A stretch of 63,020 nucleotides of DNA, filler included. It is 5 parts of 5 records of this genome, joined end to end, with 100 filler letters (N's around TTAATTAATTAA, not from the genome) between each part and the next. Parts side by side here need not be neighbours in the genome. Positions count along the whole stretch, not along the records: positions 39,463 to 63,020 come from SRR31156797_27558; 4 more parts are not named here. One strand, given 5' to 3'. Positions 59,853-63,020 of this stretch are shown in pieces (positions within the stretch are counted from its first letter, which is position 1; each line of letters starts with the position of its first letter). Both the position numbers and the translations under genes were made by a program. The notes under the pieces are model-generated. The model was not told the DNA's origin. It saw only the letters and a list, made by a program, of their open reading frames with translations, and did not search any database.

Positions 59853-60938
59853 ATGATGAGTGAAATAAAAAAAACGAATAAAAAAGACATTCCCATATGG
59901 TTATGTTTCTTGATAGTGGCACTGTGTGTGCTACTTGCATATTTTAATAGCTTTCTGGGAGCTGTAGCATTTGCTGTTGCTTCAATAATTGCATATTATA
60001 CTGACCGTCTATATAAAATCCCATACACCTCTACTATGATTTTTATAGCTGGTATTATAATCTATTTACTGAATGTAAATTTTACCCCAGTCTTTAGTAC
60101 AATGCTGTTAATATCATCATTTACAGCGTTAGGATGTATTGTTACTAATCTGGTGTTTCAGGATGTAAAATTTTATGAGGGTTTAATCTATACTGTAATA
60201 TTTAGCATAATAGCAATGATTGGTGCTACAGCATTGTATTATTATGTTATTAGCGATAAGCAGCTTGTTGAAGCCGCTTTAATTAATCTTGAAAATTATT
60301 TATCTAACAGTGATTCACAAATGGTTCAGTATTTTATGGCTGCCATTAGTCGTAATATGGAAATAGTAGAATCCAATGCAAGTATTGTAGAATTGTTTAA
60401 GCCAATACAGATTCAGGATAAAAGTATTATTCTGGAAAATTCAATGGAATTTTTTACACAATCTATAAAAAGCAAGTATGCATCTTTTATCATTATTTTT
60501 CCTCTTGGCTCTGCTAGTATTGTTTGGTGGCTGGGGAATAAGTTAAAGTATCGTACAATTGCAATGACAAAAGAAGCTCCAAAACAAAAGCCAAAGCCAT
60601 TTGCTGCATTCAGACATCCTCGCTGGATGATTAATGTAATAATGTTTATATTAATTGTGTCTTTTTTTGTTAAAATATACAGCAGTTCAGTTACATCAAT
60701 ATATATAGCAATAGCTCTTCAAGATATTAGCTTATTTTTATTAGCCATTCAGGGAATTGCAGTAATTGAATTTATTCTCAAAAGAAATAAAGTACTATCT
60801 AATACTTTGCTTCGCAGCATTGTACATTTATTGATAATTATTGTTTTTGCAGGTATAATACCATTAATGATAGGAATGATGGATGTACTCATTAACATAA
60901 GGTATATTATTGCAAACCAAAATGCAAGACGATTATAA
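59853..60938 (+). CDS. YybS/DUF2232-like membrane protein
   Basis: Multi-TM protein with PFAAFRHP, IQGIAV, GMMDVLINIR; upstream of rplI. Confidence 0.7.
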   Translation: MMSEIKKTNKKDIPIWLCFLIVALCVLLAYFNSFLGAVAFAVASIIAYYTDRLYKIPYTSTMIFIAGIIIYLLNVNFTPVFSTMLLISSFTALGCIVTNLVFQDVKFYEGLIYTVIFSIIAMIGATALYYYVISDKQLVEAALINLENYLSNSDSQMVQYFMAAISRNMEIVESNASIVELFKPIQIQDKSIILENSMEFFTQSIKSKYASFIIIFPLGSASIVWWLGNKLKYRTIAMTKEAPKQKPKPFAAFRHPRWMINVIMFILIVSFFVKIYSSSVTSIYIAIALQDISLFLLAIQGIAVIEFILKRNKVLSNTLLRSIVHLLIIIVFAGIIPLMIGMMDVLINIRYIIANQNARRL

Positions 60939-60968
60939 AGCAACAGACATAGAAAGGTGATGAAATAA

Positions 60969-61427
60969 ATGAAAGTAATCCTTAATAAAGATGTAAAAGG
61001 TAAAGGGAAAGCTGGTGATATAGTTAATGTATCAGACGGTTATGCCAGAAATTTTTTGTTTCCAAAGAAATTAGCTGTTGAAGCTAATACTCAAAATATG
61101 AATGCTGTAACTCAGAAAAAAAAGGCACAGGAACATCATAAAAAAGAGGAAGAAAAGGCAGCTCGATTAGCTGCAAAGGAACTAGAGGGAAAAACTGTTA
61201 TAGTAAAGATAAAAGCTGGTGAAAATGGTAAAGTCTTTGGTTCTGTCAGTACAAAGGATATAGCCGAAAGCTACGTTGCGCAATACGGCAGTACAATTGA
61301 TAAGAAGAAAATTGTTCTTAAAGACAATATTAAAACTTGCGGTGAGCATTTGGTAACAGTTAAACTGTATCCTAATATCTCTTCAAATATTAAAGTAGTG
61401 GTTGAGGCTTTAAAGGAGGGGAATTAA
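60969..61427 (+). CDS. rplI: 50S ribosomal protein L9
   Basis: [39 protein letters not shown]. Confidence 0.97.
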   Translation: MKVILNKDVKGKGKAGDIVNVSDGYARNFLFPKKLAVEANTQNMNAVTQKKKAQEHHKKEEEKAARLAAKELEGKTVIVKIKAGENGKVFGSVSTKDIAESYVAQYGSTIDKKKIVLKDNIKTCGEHLVTVKLYPNISSNIKVVVEALKEGN

Positions 61428-61837
61428 TGGAGAATGTAAAGCTAAGGCTGCTTTTTCCTGATGATCAGACTGGAAAACCTATATCGTACCACTTAGTCAA
61501 AGACTATGACTTGATTTTCAATATATTTCAAGCACATGTAAAGCCTGGTAAGCAAGGCGACATGATTGTAGAAGTCAGCGGCGAAAAAGAAAATATCCAA
61601 AATGGAATTGATTTCTTAAAAAGGAACAACATCTGTGTTGATGTATTAACTAGCTGTATTGTATGGGATAAAGATATGTGCGTCCATTGTGGAGCATGTA
61701 CAGCTGTTTGTTCTACAGGTGCTCTATCACTAAATGATGAGGCGAAGTTGATATTTGATGACAGTAAATGTATCGCCTGTGAACTGTGTATAGATGCATG
61801 CCCAGCACAAGTAATGAAAGTTACTTTTAAAAATTGA
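61427..61837 (+). CDS. NIL-domain + 2x[4Fe-4S] ferredoxin protein
   Basis: KPISYHLVKDYDL.FNI NIL domain; CVHCGACTAVC and CIACELCIDACP. Confidence 0.85.
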   Translation: MENVKLRLLFPDDQTGKPISYHLVKDYDLIFNIFQAHVKPGKQGDMIVEVSGEKENIQNGIDFLKRNNICVDVLTSCIVWDKDMCVHCGACTAVCSTGALSLNDEAKLIFDDSKCIACELCIDACPAQVMKVTFKN

Positions 61838-61852
61838 AGCTAAATAGTATTT

Positions 61853-61883
61853 GCCTCAGAATTTAATATTCTTGAGGTTTTTT
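61853..61883 (+). terminator. Rho-independent terminator
   Basis: GCCTCAGAAT...ATTCTTGAGG followed by a T run. Confidence 0.65.
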
Positions 61884-61979
61884 ACTGATAAAGAAAATTT
61901 AAACAAATAGCTCTTGTGTATAAATAGATATGGTGATACTATATATAGTAGATAGGCATCAAAATATTGAGGGATTAAA

Positions 61980-62426
61980 ATGGATGAAAAACAAGTAACT
62001 ACAATGACACACGAAATACTGAGAGAATTATTTCATCAGATTATGCACATTCAAGAGCGTTTTATTGAGAATTCTACTGATGTCAGGCTTAGCAGAACCG
62101 AAATACATATAGTTGAAGAAATCGGCGATAAGCCTTTCAGTATCTTAACAGACATTGCTAATAAGATGGGGATAACAAAGGCTACAGCCAGCGTTTGCGT
62201 AAACCGTCTGATTGAAAAGGAAATGGTGCAGAAAAGTCCGATTAATTATGATAAAAGAAAGCATGGGCTGGTTCTGACCCAAAAGGGTGAGGACTGCAAT
62301 AGAGCTCATGCAAAATTCCATGAGATGCTTATTGAATCTTTAATGGATGATTTTAATCTGGCCGAACGGGATATACTTTTACAAGGCCTTAAGCAAATGT
62401 TAGACTTTTTTAAGCAATATTATTAA
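61980..62426 (+). CDS. MarR-family regulator
   Basis: LSRTEIH, IANKMGITKAT, DKR..LVLTQKG. Confidence 0.88.
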   Translation: MDEKQVTTMTHEILRELFHQIMHIQERFIENSTDVRLSRTEIHIVEEIGDKPFSILTDIANKMGITKATASVCVNRLIEKEMVQKSPINYDKRKHGLVLTQKGEDCNRAHAKFHEMLIESLMDDFNLAERDILLQGLKQMLDFFKQYY

Positions 62427-62525
62427 TAAATAATATATTAATTATAAAAAACACTGGTAAATACTTATTAAACGAATTATAATATAAAAAAGTGGAAAAA
62501 TATTCGTTAATTCAGGAGAAATTAG

Positions 62526-63020
62526 ATGAACAAAATCAAACGAAATGAGAGAATAGGCGTAATTATTAAGTTATTATCAGATAATCCAAACAAAATATTT
62601 ACACTTTCATATTTTTCCAATATGTTTGGTTCAGCAAAATCCACTATAAGCGAAGATGTATCAATAGCTCAGGAAGCTATACAAAGATATAAACTTGGGA
62701 AAATAGAAACAGTTACTGGAGCATCAGGAGGTGTCAAGTATATCCCTATGTTAGACAGTGACAGATATCAGGATGTTAGAGATATCTGCCAAAGCCTTAA
62801 CACAGGAGATAGGATACTACCTGGTGGTTTTTTATATATGTATGATATATTGTGTGATCCCAAAATTACACGCAGAATGGGCGAAATTCTTGCTATGGAA
62901 TTCTACAAATCAAATCCCGATTTTGTTGTAACAATTGAAACAAAGGGGATACCTGTAGCTCTTATGGCTGCACGTGCACTAAATATACCGTTGCTAATTG
63001 CACGAAGAGATGCTAAAATA
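62526..63020 (+). CDS. purR: Pur operon repressor (Firmicutes PRT-type); 3' end runs off the window
   Basis: Hand translation: MNKIKRNERIG...AKSTISED...ETVTGASGGVKYIP...RILPGGFLY...TIETKGIP. Confidence 0.92.
   Translation, partial: MNKIKRNERIGVIIKLLSDNPNKIFTLSYFSNMFGSAKSTISEDVSIAQEAIQRYKLGKIETVTGASGGVKYIPMLDSDRYQDVRDICQSLNTGDRILPGGFLYMYDILCDPKITRRMGEILAMEFYKSNPDFVVTIETKGIPVALMAARALNIPLLIARRDAKI

Overview
The window is not one genome region. It is five contigs joined by 100-nt N/TTAATTAATTAA/N linkers, so gene adjacency across linkers means nothing. Taxonomic labels below are my inference from gene content, promoter motifs and RBS style. (1) 1-8070, Bacteroidota-like: beta-mannan catabolic genes (GH2 beta-mannosidase, GPH symporter, GH130 phosphorylase), AraC, a Nudix/NrtR-family regulator, an SDR and uxuA, with three matching GT-N7-AC operator-like sites. 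(2) 8171-21671, Bacteroidota-like: a transglutaminase-like secreted protein, eukaryote-type citrate synthase, a beta-propeller/PP2C sensor, an FAD/Fe-S oxidoreductase, and a PagL-like barrel gene preceded by three phased palindromes. (3) 21772-30996, AT-rich anaerobe, possibly Fusobacteriota: tyrS, a Btu/Fec-type ABC importer and the methylaspartate operon (glmE-mal-atuA-like-DUF4387) with REP-like hairpins. (4) 31097-39362, Bacteroidota-like housekeeping and membrane genes. (5) 39463-63020, Clostridia-like: a collapsed integrative-element remnant (serine recombinase, thioester-domain adhesin, three Tad/Flp-type pilin genes, tadC, parA and parB fragments, a GC-rich HEAT cargo gene), then chromosomal genes (nagD-like, degenerate LCP, TetR-flavodoxins, pdp, Gld-like ABC, LRR protein, rplI, purR). 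The best leads are the element-borne Tad pilus with a thioester adhesin, the NrtR-type regulon that may link mannan use to mannonate catabolism, and the AtuA-like/DUF4387 pair in the glutamate fermentation operon. All family calls come from motif recognition by eye; no searches were run.
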